In this document: positions 1 through 10,550 of the stretch, piece by piece | How positions within the stretch are numbered: position 1 is the first letter of the stretch | Layout of the letters: every line of letters starts with the position of its first letter | From: a virus | Reading direction: 5' to 3' (one strand) | Length of the DNA stretch: 64,000 nt | IMG/VR virus record: IMGVR_UViG_3300050821_003907 | Location: 64,001 to 128,000 of that record | The notes under the pieces: generated by a model | What the model saw: the letters and a program-made list of their open reading frames with translations, nothing else | What the model was told of the DNA's origin: nothing | Database searches by the model: none | Translations under genes and position numbers: made by a program

Positions 1-2319
1 CAGGGATATCCGTACTCTAACGGCACCGGCAACAACGGATTCGCTAGTCAGGGTAACTCTTCTTCTGCACAACTCGCTGCAACCTTTAACTACAGCACGG
101 GTACGGGAACCACTACGGCTACTGCAAGCTCAACAAACGGTGTTGGCGTAGTCATAGTCCTGGCGGCAGCGGCAGTAAGTGACCTTACCGTGTCAGACAA
201 CGCAGGAAATATATACCCGGCTGTGTCTAACGTAGCTATCGGCACAGGGCAGATGTACGCTTTCGCTACACCCCTGGCTGGCCAGGTAGTGAACGGAAGC
301 ACGGTCCTCACCATCTCATCAGCAACTGCACAGCAATATGCGGCTAGCTGGTGGTACATGAATAATGCCATTGAAGTGAATGCAGCAAATATCGTCACTA
401 ATACGGGGACTGGAACTGCCGCTAGCCTGACGTTGGGCAACACTGACGCCACTACTACAGAATACAACTGGGCATTCTGGGGCAACAGTTCTACTGTTGC
501 CAGCACGGGTAATTCTGGTTCTGGGTCTGACGAAACTGAACTTTACACTAACCTAGGCTGGTCTATTTCGGGCGGTGCTCTTTATGGCGCTATCACGTCC
601 ACACTTACGCCGCCTAACACTAGCGGTCGCGGAAGCACAGGAATGTCCTGGGCATCTAGCACTACCTGGGGCGGTATTTCTCTGCCTCTCGTCCTTGCTA
701 ACCAGGGCGCTGCCACCGTATCACTGCCGACTAGCACAACTGCTAATACCTTTACTGGAACTTCCGGCACCATAACACCTAGGTTTACCTTCACCACCTT
801 TAACACGGGCGTTATAGTATTGTTCGTAGTGCGCCCTGGTACTAGTACTGTAACGGCTGCTGATGTGGGAGGTAACACCTACACAGCTCAGGTAACCGCA
901 AGTAATGGCGCTACAACTGCTTACATGACGGTACTGACGGCTCCTGTAACTCACAATCCAGGCACTATAACTGTCTCTGATACAGTAAGCCAGGCGCATA
1001 TCTTGCGAGCTTTCTACATCCCTAACTGCACAGCTTGCGATACTTCAGGTACAGCCTCGACTAACGGAACTACTAGCGTGACGCTAGCGTCCGGCTCGCC
1101 CACGAAGGCCGGAGACTTCACCTTGTATACGGGCTTTACCGCAGGCGGTAATGCCGTAACCACGTCTGCTACTGGTGGCGCTAATGCATTCATCAACAAT
1201 ACCGGTGGCGCAGGCAACCTGAACATGCAGATACTAGGTCTTTACAACATCGGCACGGCAGCTGCTGCTACGCTAACCGCAAGCACGACAGCTAGTGCCG
1301 CAATCGGGGCGGCAGCTATTTCCTTGTCGATGCCCTGGTGGGGCGGTGGCGGCGGTGCATCAGCGAATGCATCAGGACACGGCTTCCCCGGTTTTGACAC
1401 CGGAGGTGCAGGTTATGGTGGTGGCGGTCAAGGCGCTACAGGTGCGCAGGCAACATCTTCGGGTATTCAGGGAGGTGCGCCTGGCGGTGGCGGCGCTGGT
1501 GCAATAAGCAATGCAGGAGGCATCCAGCTTGGCGGCTCAGGCGGCAACGGTCGTATCAGGCTTACGTATACCCCGCCGTTGCAGGCATTTGACAATCTCA
1601 TTTTGCACATGCCGGGTTACAATTCGCCGGATACCTATAACCCGGTTAGCCCTGTTCCTGTGACAGACCCGCCAGACGGCCGGGAATACACGATGTCCTC
1701 TGTGATTCCGTGGCGTAATGCTGAATTCAATGGCACGTACGCGGTGTTCCTGGCTAACTACAACTGGTCCACTTCTGTGGGAACTAATGTAACACGGCGA
1801 ATTACGGTAACAGTAACGCAATACGAATTCCTTAACGGTCCTGGTTACAGCATGCAGGTTACCCGGCTGGTAACGCCTTCTACAGACATCGTGAATGGCA
1901 TAATTTCACTAGGCAATCTTCCGCTGCCCATTAAGCAGTACGACCCTAGTAACCAGGAACCGTATTACACTTACGGTGTAATCAGCAGTGAAAGCGGTGA
2001 CCGGTTCATGGACATCCTTTTCCTTGACACTACCGGCCAGACTGTGCTTATCAATGTCAACAATGCCAGCCCTGGCTACGGTAAATACGCTAATTACTAC
2101 ATTGATGAGCCTGATTTTGACACCGACATCAGTCCTGTGCTTGGCTCACCGCAAGGACCTGAGCGTTCCGTAAGCGTACTGGATTCAGCTGTGCTTTCAG
2201 GAGGACCATTCTTCCTGACACCGGGAGATAACTTCATCCTGGCGTACTCTACATACGGCGCACCTAATCTCGGTGTTCGATATAATCCAAGATGGTACAC
2301 TGACCGGGTGAAGTACTAA
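1..2319 (+). CDS. Glycine/Thr/Ser-rich minor tail protein, 5'-truncated by the window edge
   Basis: Frame 1 is open from base 1 into the 190..2319 ORF. It has a GGGGG/GGAG glycine-rich block and a C-terminal tail-type domain, and its TAA overlaps the next ATG (TAATG). Confidence 0.7.
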   Translation, partial: QGYPYSNGTGNNGFASQGNSSSAQLAATFNYSTGTGTTTATASSTNGVGVVIVLAAAAVSDLTVSDNAGNIYPAVSNVAIGTGQMYAFATPLAGQVVNGSTVLTISSATAQQYAASWWYMNNAIEVNAANIVTNTGTGTAASLTLGNTDATTTEYNWAFWGNSSTVASTGNSGSGSDETELYTNLGWSISGGALYGAITSTLTPPNTSGRGSTGMSWASSTTWGGISLPLVLANQGAATVSLPTSTTANTFTGTSGTITPRFTFTTFNTGVIVLFVVRPGTSTVTAADVGGNTYTAQVTASNGATTAYMTVLTAPVTHNPGTITVSDTVSQAHILRAFYIPNCTACDTSGTASTNGTTSVTLASGSPTKAGDFTLYTGFTAGGNAVTTSATGGANAFINNTGGAGNLNMQILGLYNIGTAAAATLTASTTASAAIGAAAISLSMPWWGGGGGASANASGHGFPGFDTGGAGYGGGGQGATGAQATSSGIQGGAPGGGGAGAISNAGGIQLGGSGGNGRIRLTYTPPLQAFDNLILHMPGYNSPDTYNPVSPVPVTDPPDGREYTMSSVIPWRNAEFNGTYAVFLANYNWSTSVGTNVTRRITVTVTQYEFLNGPGYSMQVTRLVTPSTDIVNGIISLGNLPLPIKQYDPSNQEPYYTYGVISSESGDRFMDILFLDTTGQTVLINVNNASPGYGKYANYYIDEPDFDTDISPVLGSPQGPERSVSVLDSAVLSGGPFFLTPGDNFILAYSTYGAPNLGVRYNPRWYTDRVKY

Positions 2320-5186
2320 TGCCCCCCACACCTAAGGTAACTCCGACTAATGTATCGTCAGTAGCTCAGTCTGCGAATAACCGCATTAACGCGCTGCTGC
2401 CGAATATTGCGTCTACTGCGAGTCCTATCACCGTATGGACTACGAACGTCATTTACGAAATGATAGCGCTCGCAACGCCGCCTACTAATACGTACAGCCC
2501 GGCCTACTACCCGTCCAGCGGCACATGGACGTGCCCTTCAGGCGTGTCCAGCGTTCAGGTTGAATGCTGGGGCGGCGGTGGCGGTGGCGGTGGCGGTAAC
2601 ACTACTAGCGGCGGCGGAGGCGGCGGCGGCGGCGAGTATGCTGCTGAGCAAAACTACCCGGTAGTACCCGGCGAGCAGTACGCATATACCTGCGGTGATG
2701 GCGGAACTAATGGCCTTACTGGCGTCCCTGGCACTACGGGTCAGAACACCGTATTTGACTTGCAAGGTGTAGGAAAAACCGGAGGCATTATCGCCCATGG
2801 TGGTCAGGGTGGTGACATCACTAGTACAGGTAAAGGCGGTGCTGGAGGCACAGGCAGTGCTAACACCACTGTGTACGCTGGTGGACCTGGCGGAACTAAC
2901 GCCAATGGCGTAGGAGATGACAGCCCGTATTCATCTCCCCTTGCTAACGGTACGCAGTTCTGGTACATAATGGACGACGACCCTGCTTACTACTCCACTA
3001 TTCAAGACAACACCGAAATTACCTCCGCACAGCAAATTAACACGATAGGAACTGCTAACTCCACTATTCTCGGTAATAGCATTCCCAACGGCGGTACTGT
3101 TAACGCCCCTGCACAAGCGCCTACTAGTTCTATTATCGGGCAACTGTACCAGGCTAATGTGGGGTGGAGCTGGACAGCTCCCAGTAGCACGGAAATGCCT
3201 TATTACCGGATAAATAATTATGGCCTGTCCACGACATCCATGACATTCTCGTGCTGGATTTATGCTGATGCAGGCGGCAATTTCACCGGTTCTAACGTTT
3301 CAGCTGGCACTATCGTATCCACGTATGACTACGCTATAACTACTAAATCGCCAGGATACGCTCTATTTATTGATACCAATAATAGGGTGAACTTCAAGAT
3401 TTCGCGCCATAACGGCAGTTCCTACACTACTCAGCTACTAACTCTCAGCACGCCTGTTGATACAACTGACTGGAATTACATCGTAGTTTCCTATAACGGA
3501 AGTACGATGTACATTTACGTATATAATTCCAGTAACCCAGGAGGATTGTCTACTTCTGGCGCTGGCCCGTCTGGTACTGGCAACCAAGTACAGGTTAATA
3601 ACAACAGCACTTACTTCGGCATTAATCCTTCTATTAACGGTCCTGACAACGGCTTCAGCGGTTACATGTCCAACCTGTGGATGGCCACAGGTGCCCTCAC
3701 TACTTCTACGTGGCCTAACGGCGTATACAACCCCTCCACAACTCCTAACACAGGTTGCGGCGGCGGTGCATCGGGCGGCGGCGGTGGCGTAGGAGGCACA
3801 GGAAGCCCAGGGAGTGTAGGAGGCGCAGGCGGCGCTGGTGGCACAGTCCCGGCTGTTCCGGCAGGCAGCAATCTTACGATTGGATACACAGGAACGACAG
3901 GAGGAGCATCTGGACTTAGCGGTATCAATCCTGCGTCTAACTCCTACGGTGGAGGCGGAGGAGGAGCTGGTAATTTCAGTCCGCTACCTACCCTGAAAAC
4001 CATGAAACTTGTGGCGGCACAAAGCGCTTCTTATGCAGGCCCGGATGCTGTAAGCAACCCTTCAGGTCAGTACACTATCAGTCTTGCTCCTCTGGTAACT
4101 AACTCATCAGAAAAACTCAGCACTAGCGCGGCCAACCTGTCTCCTGATTGCTACCAGGGAGGCCAAGCCCAAGTAGACAGCAATTACCAGGGCACGATGT
4201 CATCTGCTGTACTGCTGCCAAATGCAGCGACAACTGCCGCTAACTTCACGGGTGCGATTGCTACTATTAGCAAGCTCACCATGAGCGCTGAAATCTTGAG
4301 TCCTAATGCGGCATCGTTGCTGCTGGGCTACACGAGTGACACGACACTGCCTTCGACCTTTACGGCGAGTTCTGTAACTACTGTAACAGAATTGCCTATC
4401 CCAGCAGGCTCGCAAAATACTGTCGTAAGCTGGGACCTCACTAATAACAGTAACCTCGTCAGTGCTATAGAGGGCGGAACAGCTTGCACCCTGATATTTG
4501 GCCCTGGTAATACTCCAGGAGCCGCCTCCTATAGTAATACTGCTACAGCATCACAGTTTAGCGCGGCCTTTATCGGTGCTGGCGGAGCTGCATCCGGGTA
4601 CTTGCAAGACCTTACTATTACTGTGCAGTACAGTTCAAGTAACTGGGCAAATGGGGGTTATGGGTCTCCAGGCGCGGTAAGAATTGCTTACATAAACCCC
4701 AATGGTGTGCCTATAGCTTCTATCCAGCCGGTGGCTACAACTGACAGTCAAAACGACCAGTACGCCGCAGGATTCACAGGGCCAATTACGGCTTGGCAGC
4801 CGGGGAGCAGCCCTAAGGTCCCGGAAACTCCGCACGCTCTTAGTTCTTACCTTAACTCGTGGACAAGAAACTCCACTAGCCAGGACTTGCAGTACCAGAT
4901 GATGGGTGACGGGACTGTCCTCATTACCGGACGCCTGAATGTGCCCGCTAGTCCTGCTGCGGTCAGTACCATAACTAGTTCAATACCATCGGCATACTGG
5001 CCTTTGAATCGTATTGAAACAGGCCCGGCTACAGCGGCTAATTCAGTAAGTCCCTTCGCTTGCACGGCTTGCTCAGTGCAAATAGACACTTCAGGTAACT
5101 TCTCGGCGGTAGGACTTACCTCTTCACAGTCCGGGTACACTTTGAACGTGAACTTCCGGTATCCACTTAATAACCTAGCCGTTTAA
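2319..5186 (+). CDS. Minor tail/fibre protein with glycine-rich repeats and a LamG/concanavalin-A-like domain
   Basis: Glycine-rich module VQVECWGGGGGGGGG...GGGGEYA. LamG-like segment MTFSCWIY...WNYIVVSYNGSTMYIYV...FSGYMSNL. Confidence 0.75.
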   Translation: MPPTPKVTPTNVSSVAQSANNRINALLPNIASTASPITVWTTNVIYEMIALATPPTNTYSPAYYPSSGTWTCPSGVSSVQVECWGGGGGGGGGNTTSGGGGGGGGEYAAEQNYPVVPGEQYAYTCGDGGTNGLTGVPGTTGQNTVFDLQGVGKTGGIIAHGGQGGDITSTGKGGAGGTGSANTTVYAGGPGGTNANGVGDDSPYSSPLANGTQFWYIMDDDPAYYSTIQDNTEITSAQQINTIGTANSTILGNSIPNGGTVNAPAQAPTSSIIGQLYQANVGWSWTAPSSTEMPYYRINNYGLSTTSMTFSCWIYADAGGNFTGSNVSAGTIVSTYDYAITTKSPGYALFIDTNNRVNFKISRHNGSSYTTQLLTLSTPVDTTDWNYIVVSYNGSTMYIYVYNSSNPGGLSTSGAGPSGTGNQVQVNNNSTYFGINPSINGPDNGFSGYMSNLWMATGALTTSTWPNGVYNPSTTPNTGCGGGASGGGGGVGGTGSPGSVGGAGGAGGTVPAVPAGSNLTIGYTGTTGGASGLSGINPASNSYGGGGGGAGNFSPLPTLKTMKLVAAQSASYAGPDAVSNPSGQYTISLAPLVTNSSEKLSTSAANLSPDCYQGGQAQVDSNYQGTMSSAVLLPNAATTAANFTGAIATISKLTMSAEILSPNAASLLLGYTSDTTLPSTFTASSVTTVTELPIPAGSQNTVVSWDLTNNSNLVSAIEGGTACTLIFGPGNTPGAASYSNTATASQFSAAFIGAGGAASGYLQDLTITVQYSSSNWANGGYGSPGAVRIAYINPNGVPIASIQPVATTDSQNDQYAAGFTGPITAWQPGSSPKVPETPHALSSYLNSWTRNSTSQDLQYQMMGDGTVLITGRLNVPASPAAVSTITSSIPSAYWPLNRIETGPATAANSVSPFACTACSVQIDTSGNFSAVGLTSSQSGYTLNVNFRYPLNNLAV

Positions 5187-5203
5187 GGAAGGGAAGAATT
5201 AAC

Positions 5204-5497
5204 GTGAGCGCAGGTATTCAGCCGAATCTGGCGACCATTAATCAGCAAGCCGGAAGCCTCATGGTGAACCTGCTCAACAGCATTGAGCAAGCACAGGTCT
5301 TCTACCAGTACCTTAACGGTCTTGGCAGTAGCGGGCTAATAGCGCTTGGCATGGCAAGTGCTGACGCAACAGCACTTCTGTCGGCGTACAGTAACGCTAA
5401 CGCCCTTGCCAATGTTTTTTACGGACAGGCGTACACAGGACCGGCATTGCCGTATAACTTCTACAACCAGATTGTGCCGCTAACAGGCGGTCAATAA
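5204..5497 (+). CDS. Hypothetical tail-associated protein
   Basis: 97-aa ORF with GTG start after AAGGAAGGG, inside the tail operon. Confidence 0.65.
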   Translation: MSAGIQPNLATINQQAGSLMVNLLNSIEQAQVFYQYLNGLGSSGLIALGMASADATALLSAYSNANALANVFYGQAYTGPALPYNFYNQIVPLTGGQ

Positions 5498-5520
5498 TAA
5501 CTAGGCAAGGAGCTTAACGG

Positions 5521-7266
5521 ATGGCACTTGAGAAGAGGGACGGTTCACAGATAGTGACGTTCCTGCCTCCGCGTCCTGCTAAGTCCTTCAGCATTACTTC
5601 AAGCGGCTCAACATCAGATTCCGAGCAATTTGGCGGCAGTAACACAGATGGCAGGCGTTACGGCTGGATTAGGATTAACTCACTGCAATGGGAAACTAAT
5701 AACGACACGCAAGCTGACCTGTACAACGGCACTTCCGCTAACACGCACTCTCCCCTGGAGAACGGTGAGCAATTCCAGCTGTGGACAACTAATATCGTCG
5801 GCCTTAGCTATCCTCCCAACGCCACACTTTACGACTCAACAGGTGCGGCAGACTTGTATGAAATCTTTAACTTGCAGAATGCCCTGCCGAATGTATCTGG
5901 GGCACAAGCTCCCGTTAAGCTAAAGGACCCGCAAGTCTGCATCGTGCAAGGCATAAAGCAGGTAGCTCACGGAAGCTGGGATATCTACTTTTCTCCCGAC
6001 ATCACCGATACTATCGACACCACCGCAGACGGAATCATAACAATTCCTGTTCCGCGCGATGCTCGGTGGCTGAATGCTTACGGGCACGTAGACCAGGTTA
6101 ACTACACCTTCACTATCCCTGGCGGACCCAGTGCTTTTCAGTGCCTGTTCGTTGTGCCTCCGGACTTCAGGACTACTGCCATGGACCCCGGCCGAATCCT
6201 TCAGGTATTCCGAGGCGGTCAGTGCATCTGGGAAGGCTACACTACAGAACCCACGCCTAGTTCTACAGGGTGGCAGATAAACGCCACGGGCGCAGGTGCG
6301 TACGGCACGAACTTCACGTGCTTCTACGATGTGTGGAATATCGCTCGTCCTCTTCAACTCGCGCTGGACAGGGGACTTCGCTGGCTATTCCCGCCTGTCA
6401 TCCCTGCCACAACCAAGAACAATCCGGAGCAAGCTTACATTGGGCCGTCCCAGACTTCGGGTTCCATGACAATCACAGACTTCCTTAACCTGGTTTGCAC
6501 AACAGGACGCCTTTACTGGACATTGATTCCGCCTGTCAGCGCAGGCATTCCGGCGTGCCCTTGGCGACTAGAGTTCCTGGAATTCCCCACTGACCAAAGT
6601 GGCAACCCGCTGGCTACGGTAACATCCGACCACGCTAATTACCTTAGCCGTGAATGGCGAAGGGTTGACCAGCCGCTAGGCTCAGACCTTAACTCTACGC
6701 GTCGTCCGCCTGACTTGTACCTGGTAAGCACATCACCTGTAGCACGTAACATGAATGCTACATACAACACGCTAATCATAAACTACATGACGAAAGCTGA
6801 CCAGCTGTCTAACTCCGAGAACTCAACCGGTACCGCTGCTACTTACAACACTGCCGTAGTTGACATTCCCGAATCTGTGGCTCGTTACGGGCGTCTCGAA
6901 TACTTCCTCGACCTAACCAATGGTGGCGCGCTAAGCCACACTCAGGCAGTCAGTGTAGGGCGTAACATCCTGAACAAGTACATCCGAGTGAACTTCACGA
7001 CACCATTCTCCGTACAGCCAGGACAGCTCCTGAACAGCGGAGGACAGCCTGTAGACCTCGCATGTGACTGGTCAGGCAGGACAGTGTCCGTAATGGCGCA
7101 CGGAATTCCCATGGGTGGTGAAAGTCAGTTCGGTCCCTTGACGTTCTTCTCCGGGACATACCAGTATGACGACAACAGCCAGACGGCTACTATCACGCCT
7201 TATCAGAACGCAGGAACAGATATATCGACTGTCGTCGCCATGCTCTACCCTGGCCAGTACGCCTAG
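5521..7266 (+). CDS. Minor tail (hub/baseplate-like) protein
   Basis: 581 aa with AAGGAG SD. Segment MDPGRILQVFRGGQCIWEG...P resembles siphophage minor tail proteins; it sits in the tail operon. Confidence 0.6.
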   Translation: MALEKRDGSQIVTFLPPRPAKSFSITSSGSTSDSEQFGGSNTDGRRYGWIRINSLQWETNNDTQADLYNGTSANTHSPLENGEQFQLWTTNIVGLSYPPNATLYDSTGAADLYEIFNLQNALPNVSGAQAPVKLKDPQVCIVQGIKQVAHGSWDIYFSPDITDTIDTTADGIITIPVPRDARWLNAYGHVDQVNYTFTIPGGPSAFQCLFVVPPDFRTTAMDPGRILQVFRGGQCIWEGYTTEPTPSSTGWQINATGAGAYGTNFTCFYDVWNIARPLQLALDRGLRWLFPPVIPATTKNNPEQAYIGPSQTSGSMTITDFLNLVCTTGRLYWTLIPPVSAGIPACPWRLEFLEFPTDQSGNPLATVTSDHANYLSREWRRVDQPLGSDLNSTRRPPDLYLVSTSPVARNMNATYNTLIINYMTKADQLSNSENSTGTAATYNTAVVDIPESVARYGRLEYFLDLTNGGALSHTQAVSVGRNILNKYIRVNFTTPFSVQPGQLLNSGGQPVDLACDWSGRTVSVMAHGIPMGGESQFGPLTFFSGTYQYDDNSQTATITPYQNAGTDISTVVAMLYPGQYA

Positions 7267-7565
7267 AGGAACGCCAGGTTGTTGATGATAGTTTGCAGGG
7301 CCTGAATTTCCTGCTGAGCCTGGGCCGCGCTGGCGTCCCCGCCCACCATGATTACCTGCCAGAACGTGCTGCCGCTGATGTACAGGTAAAGAACAGATGC
7401 GAACAGGTCAATTCCCGGCTTGTAGCCGTGGACATCAGAACCATACTGTACGCCCGCCCAGCCATGCTGCTGCATTGACTGTGCGATAGCACCGTAAACA
7501 TCTCCGATGTCTTCAGCCGCAGGCGACAGTTCGTACTCGTGCGCAGCCCAGTAAAGTTCAGCCAT
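7263..7565 (-). CDS. Hypothetical protein, single counter-oriented gene
   Basis: AAGGAG SD 8 nt upstream of ATG at 7565. Weak similarity to the N-termini of the 26087 and 42077 ORFs. Confidence 0.65.
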   Translation of the reverse strand: MAELYWAAHEYELSPAAEDIGDVYGAIAQSMQQHGWAGVQYGSDVHGYKPGIDLFASVLYLYISGSTFWQVIMVGGDASAAQAQQEIQALQTIINNLAFL

Positions 7566-7661
7566 GTGTCTCGCTCCTTGCTTAAGGTTTTTGAGCACTC
7601 TGCTATTTCAAGACTATCCGATACCATTAAGGGAGACATAAGGCAAAGGGCGGTATTAGAG

Positions 7662-8243
7662 ATGGCGTTGTCAGAGATACTTCCCGTGCTCATAAGCGCC
7701 CTGAGCATGATGTTCACGGGACTTCTATGGTTGCACGGCAGAAGTGAACGGTCAGACAAGAACACCACGGCGCATATTGAGCACGTGTTCACAGAGCACA
7801 CGCAACCTGTTATAGACCGCATAACTACCCTGGAAGCACGTACCTCGCCTGAATCCCGCGACCATGAGCGTGAAGCGATTAAGAACATAATCTCAGATAA
7901 GCTGGAACCCATACAGAAGACGCTAAGCCAGCTTGAAATAAAAATTGACGTATTCTGGACTAATTTTTCCCGGGACGCTGCAATGATTCTTCATCAGCCC
8001 GACCCTGACAGGCACCACATTGACGTGCTACTGGAATCCTACATTGATGGCACGATTACGGATGACGAGAAAAAAGAACTCAAGAAGTTCTTGTACATTA
8101 TCCGTAACTGGGAGCCTGGACAGGATGTTGGATTCCCTGTGCATCCAGGCGAGCAAGTAGCGGCAGCGGTCCTGTTGCGCACCATGGATTACGTAATTGA
8201 CGCTACCCGTAAGCTGCGGACTATTCCGGAAGTCAAGGAATAA
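7662..8243 (+). CDS. Membrane protein with N-terminal TM helix (possible lysis accessory/holin-like)
   Basis: MALSEILPVLISALSMMFTGLLWL hydrophobic N-terminus; start moved from 7539 to ATG 7662. Confidence 0.55.
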   Translation: MALSEILPVLISALSMMFTGLLWLHGRSERSDKNTTAHIEHVFTEHTQPVIDRITTLEARTSPESRDHEREAIKNIISDKLEPIQKTLSQLEIKIDVFWTNFSRDAAMILHQPDPDRHHIDVLLESYIDGTITDDEKKELKKFLYIIRNWEPGQDVGFPVHPGEQVAAAVLLRTMDYVIDATRKLRTIPEVKE

Positions 8244-8288
8244 CAGTAAAGTTAGTTATGTAGACTTCCTTGCTGAATTGAGTTAACG

Positions 8289-8714
8289 ATGCCTGAGAAC
8301 CAGCCCCCACTTGAATCTCAGCCGAGCGTGCCTGAGAGTAACTTCATGCTTGCTGCCGAAAGGCAAGTTGACATACTTGTGGCAGCGGCTACTAGAGTGC
8401 CCAAACTACAGATTCGCGTCCTTGGTGCGGTGTGTGCTGCACTGCTAGTCATCTCTGGGGTACTCGGATACCTTGTAAGTCAGCAGTACAGCACAACGCA
8501 GGAACTGCGCAGGGATGCTGTGGTTAACTGCCAGTCAGGAAACGAGTTCAAAGCCGACCAGACTAGAATCTGGAATGAATTGATTAGTATCACCCCCGCG
8601 CCGAAGGATGCTAAGGGTCGAGCGTTCATAAGTAACTTCCGAGCTTTCGTTGAGCACGTAAATGCTCCTAAGAACTGTGCTCAGGCTTACAACGTGAAGG
8701 CAAGTGGGAAGTAA
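8289..8714 (+). CDS. Single-pass membrane protein with two C-terminal Cys
   Basis: TM segment VLGAVCAALLVISGVLGYLV followed by a soluble domain with NCQ...NCA. Confidence 0.6.
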   Translation: MPENQPPLESQPSVPESNFMLAAERQVDILVAAATRVPKLQIRVLGAVCAALLVISGVLGYLVSQQYSTTQELRRDAVVNCQSGNEFKADQTRIWNELISITPAPKDAKGRAFISNFRAFVEHVNAPKNCAQAYNVKASGK

Positions 8715-9689
8715 TTACAGCTCATCGATAATCTGGTGTACGAGTTCCCCCATGCGCCTGACTTCTCGTACAGCCGTCCAGCCGGAATTAGTCTCCCAGA
8801 AACTGTCACCCAAGTCCCAGCGCAACGTAGCCAACTTGACCATCGCTTGCTGTAGCCACACTTTACCCATGGCAGCTACGTCTGAGTACCTGCCTGATGC
8901 ATAGGCGTAGTTCTTGTCGTAGCCGAAGTACGTGCGCATCGTACTCATGGAGGAGAATACCTTGACTGAAGGATAAAGCTGCTCTAGGTTTCCCTCAATT
9001 TCAGCAACCGCACAATCAATTAGGTCTTCAGGGATTTTAGCCTCTTCTTCCAGGCTTCGTCCTGTAATCTGAGCATGCGTATTAGCCGCACCTTCAGTCC
9101 GGAAATTAGGCTTACGCCATGAGCCCGTTATCTTATCGCTGTAACGCTTCCCGAAGTAACCATAATTCCGCTTGCGCTCTGCCTCCATGATGTCACGGAG
9201 ATGGTCCTTGTCTACCGCGAGGCCCTTAAGGCGCACTTTACCGCAGCGAAAGCCCTTCTCGCCAATCAGTACAGTGCCAAAACCTTCTACCACGCCTTGA
9301 ATGGTAATGGCCGTACTGTCGGCAATTACGCTAGCGTCAGCGGGCTTCCAGAAAGCCCAGAAACCACAACCGCAAGTAGGCTCAGGAGCGCTATGCTCAG
9401 GTAGCTTCCCGTACAGTCGCGCCCTGCGGCACTCACCTTCGTAGACGTCCTGGCCTGCATCCCAGCGGGTCCCGTAAGCGCCTATGAGCGCATCTTGCTT
9501 CGTCGGGTACATCTTCCACCAGCGGTAGCCTGTAACGCTGCCTATGGCCAGCTCTGGCTCTCCCGTGAAGCCCTTCATGGCTGAGCTGTTGTCCAGGTCT
9601 GCTGCCTGCCACTTACCGTAATCAGCATCGCGCACTTCATCGATGCTAGCGTTAAGCAGAAAGGTAATCTCGTCCAGCTCGTTACTCAT
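8715..9689 (-). CDS. Hypothetical protein with GYRWW...C-x-H-x-P-x3-CxCGF motif
   Basis: Motif VTGYRWW...CRR...HSAPEPTCGCGFWAF...GVVEGFGTVLIGEKGFR; start probably ATG 9689. Confidence 0.65.
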   Translation of the reverse strand: MSNELDEITFLLNASIDEVRDADYGKWQAADLDNSSAMKGFTGEPELAIGSVTGYRWWKMYPTKQDALIGAYGTRWDAGQDVYEGECRRARLYGKLPEHSAPEPTCGCGFWAFWKPADASVIADSTAITIQGVVEGFGTVLIGEKGFRCGKVRLKGLAVDKDHLRDIMEAERKRNYGYFGKRYSDKITGSWRKPNFRTEGAANTHAQITGRSLEEEAKIPEDLIDCAVAEIEGNLEQLYPSVKVFSSMSTMRTYFGYDKNYAYASGRYSDVAAMGKVWLQQAMVKLATLRWDLGDSFWETNSGWTAVREVRRMGELVHQIIDEL

Positions 9690-9840
9690 ACTCAGCCTCA
9701 TCTATGGCCATGCACAAGTGCTCTAGGGTATCCATGTCCTTGTTCGAGACGTAAGAGTAACCGCAAAGCGGGGACTCCAGAGTCTCCATCTCTTCCCACA
9801 CAAAGCGGTAAAGGTTCTCCAGGGCTTGCGACCTACTCAT
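9682..9840 (-). CDS. Small hypothetical protein (52 aa, not in the ORF track)
   Basis: MSRSQALENLYRFVWEEMETLESPLCGYSYVSNKDMDTLEHLCMAIDEAEYE; overlaps both neighbours in operon fashion. Confidence 0.55.
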   Translation of the reverse strand: MSRSQALENLYRFVWEEMETLESPLCGYSYVSNKDMDTLEHLCMAIDEAEYE

Positions 9841-10144
9841 CCTCATCCCACAGCTCCTCAAGGTCTGGCATGTTAAGCTTCCGGCGTTCTGCCAGCATCT
9901 TAATGGCTAGTTTAGCTGCTTTGTTCGTCAGCAAGTCTTCAGGCCCTACGCCTAGTGCTATGAACAATCGCCTGAAGTAGGCTCCGGAGGGCCTGCGAAT
10001 GCCTCGTTCGTAAGAACTGATGCTCTCAACGGAAATGCCCGTGCGATGAGCCAGCTCAGTCTGAGTCATGCCTGCTACCTCGCGGCACACCTTAAGCTTC
10101 TCAGGGTCAATCCTGACGCCGCCCGTGAACGGCTTAGCTGGCAT
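9833..10144 (-). CDS. XRE-family helix-turn-helix DNA-binding protein
   Basis: LKVCREVAGMTQTELAHRTGISVESISSYERGIRRP is a canonical Cro/CI HTH. Confidence 0.85.
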   Translation of the reverse strand: MPAKPFTGGVRIDPEKLKVCREVAGMTQTELAHRTGISVESISSYERGIRRPSGAYFRRLFIALGVGPEDLLTNKAAKLAIKMLAERRKLNMPDLEELWDEDE

Positions 10145-10550
10145 GTTCCTCGCCTTTCTTTACTCCTGGCAGCCTGGTGAAAGAAGCCCCACGGCGAATG
10201 CTGTTCTTGACGAATCCCGGTTGCAGCAACCCGCAACGTTCCATGCACTTAAGAAGTTTCTTGTAGTCGTTCCACTCCAACTGCTGATTGAGGTAGAGAT
10301 GGTAATGGCCTGGCGTGGAAGACTCTACAAGAGCAGCCCTGTAGTCTATGTCCAGGACTGGCATGTGCTGGTTGTCTACGCCAAGTACCTTACTGGACAC
10401 CAATGTGGCCTCAGCTTCAGTGCAAACCTGGCGGTCGCCTAGCGCATTGTCAGGGTCAAGCTTCTGCGAGTCCCCCTGCAACGGTTTAAGTGCCCGGAAG
10501 GGCGTACGGCCCTTCATGAAGTACGGCCAAGAACTCAAGATTCCCCCCAC
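10134..10550 (-). CDS. Hypothetical phage protein
   Basis: HMPVLDID...SSTPGHYHLY...GLLQPGF motif of a type recalled from actinophages; operon-packed. Confidence 0.6.
   Translation of the reverse strand: MGGILSSWPYFMKGRTPFRALKPLQGDSQKLDPDNALGDRQVCTEAEATLVSSKVLGVDNQHMPVLDIDYRAALVESSTPGHYHLYLNQQLEWNDYKKLLKCMERCGLLQPGFVKNSIRRGASFTRLPGVKKGEEHAS

Noticed and set aside
2560-4000. GGC/GGT runs as microsatellite or contingency loci
   Set aside because: They are in-frame glycine codons with mixed third positions inside standard glycine-rich tail domains.
9833-10144. XRE gene as an immunity repressor implying a prophage
   Set aside because: It is embedded mid-operon with no divergent cro/operator arrangement, and there is no integrase, att site or host gene in the window; lifestyle cannot be called.
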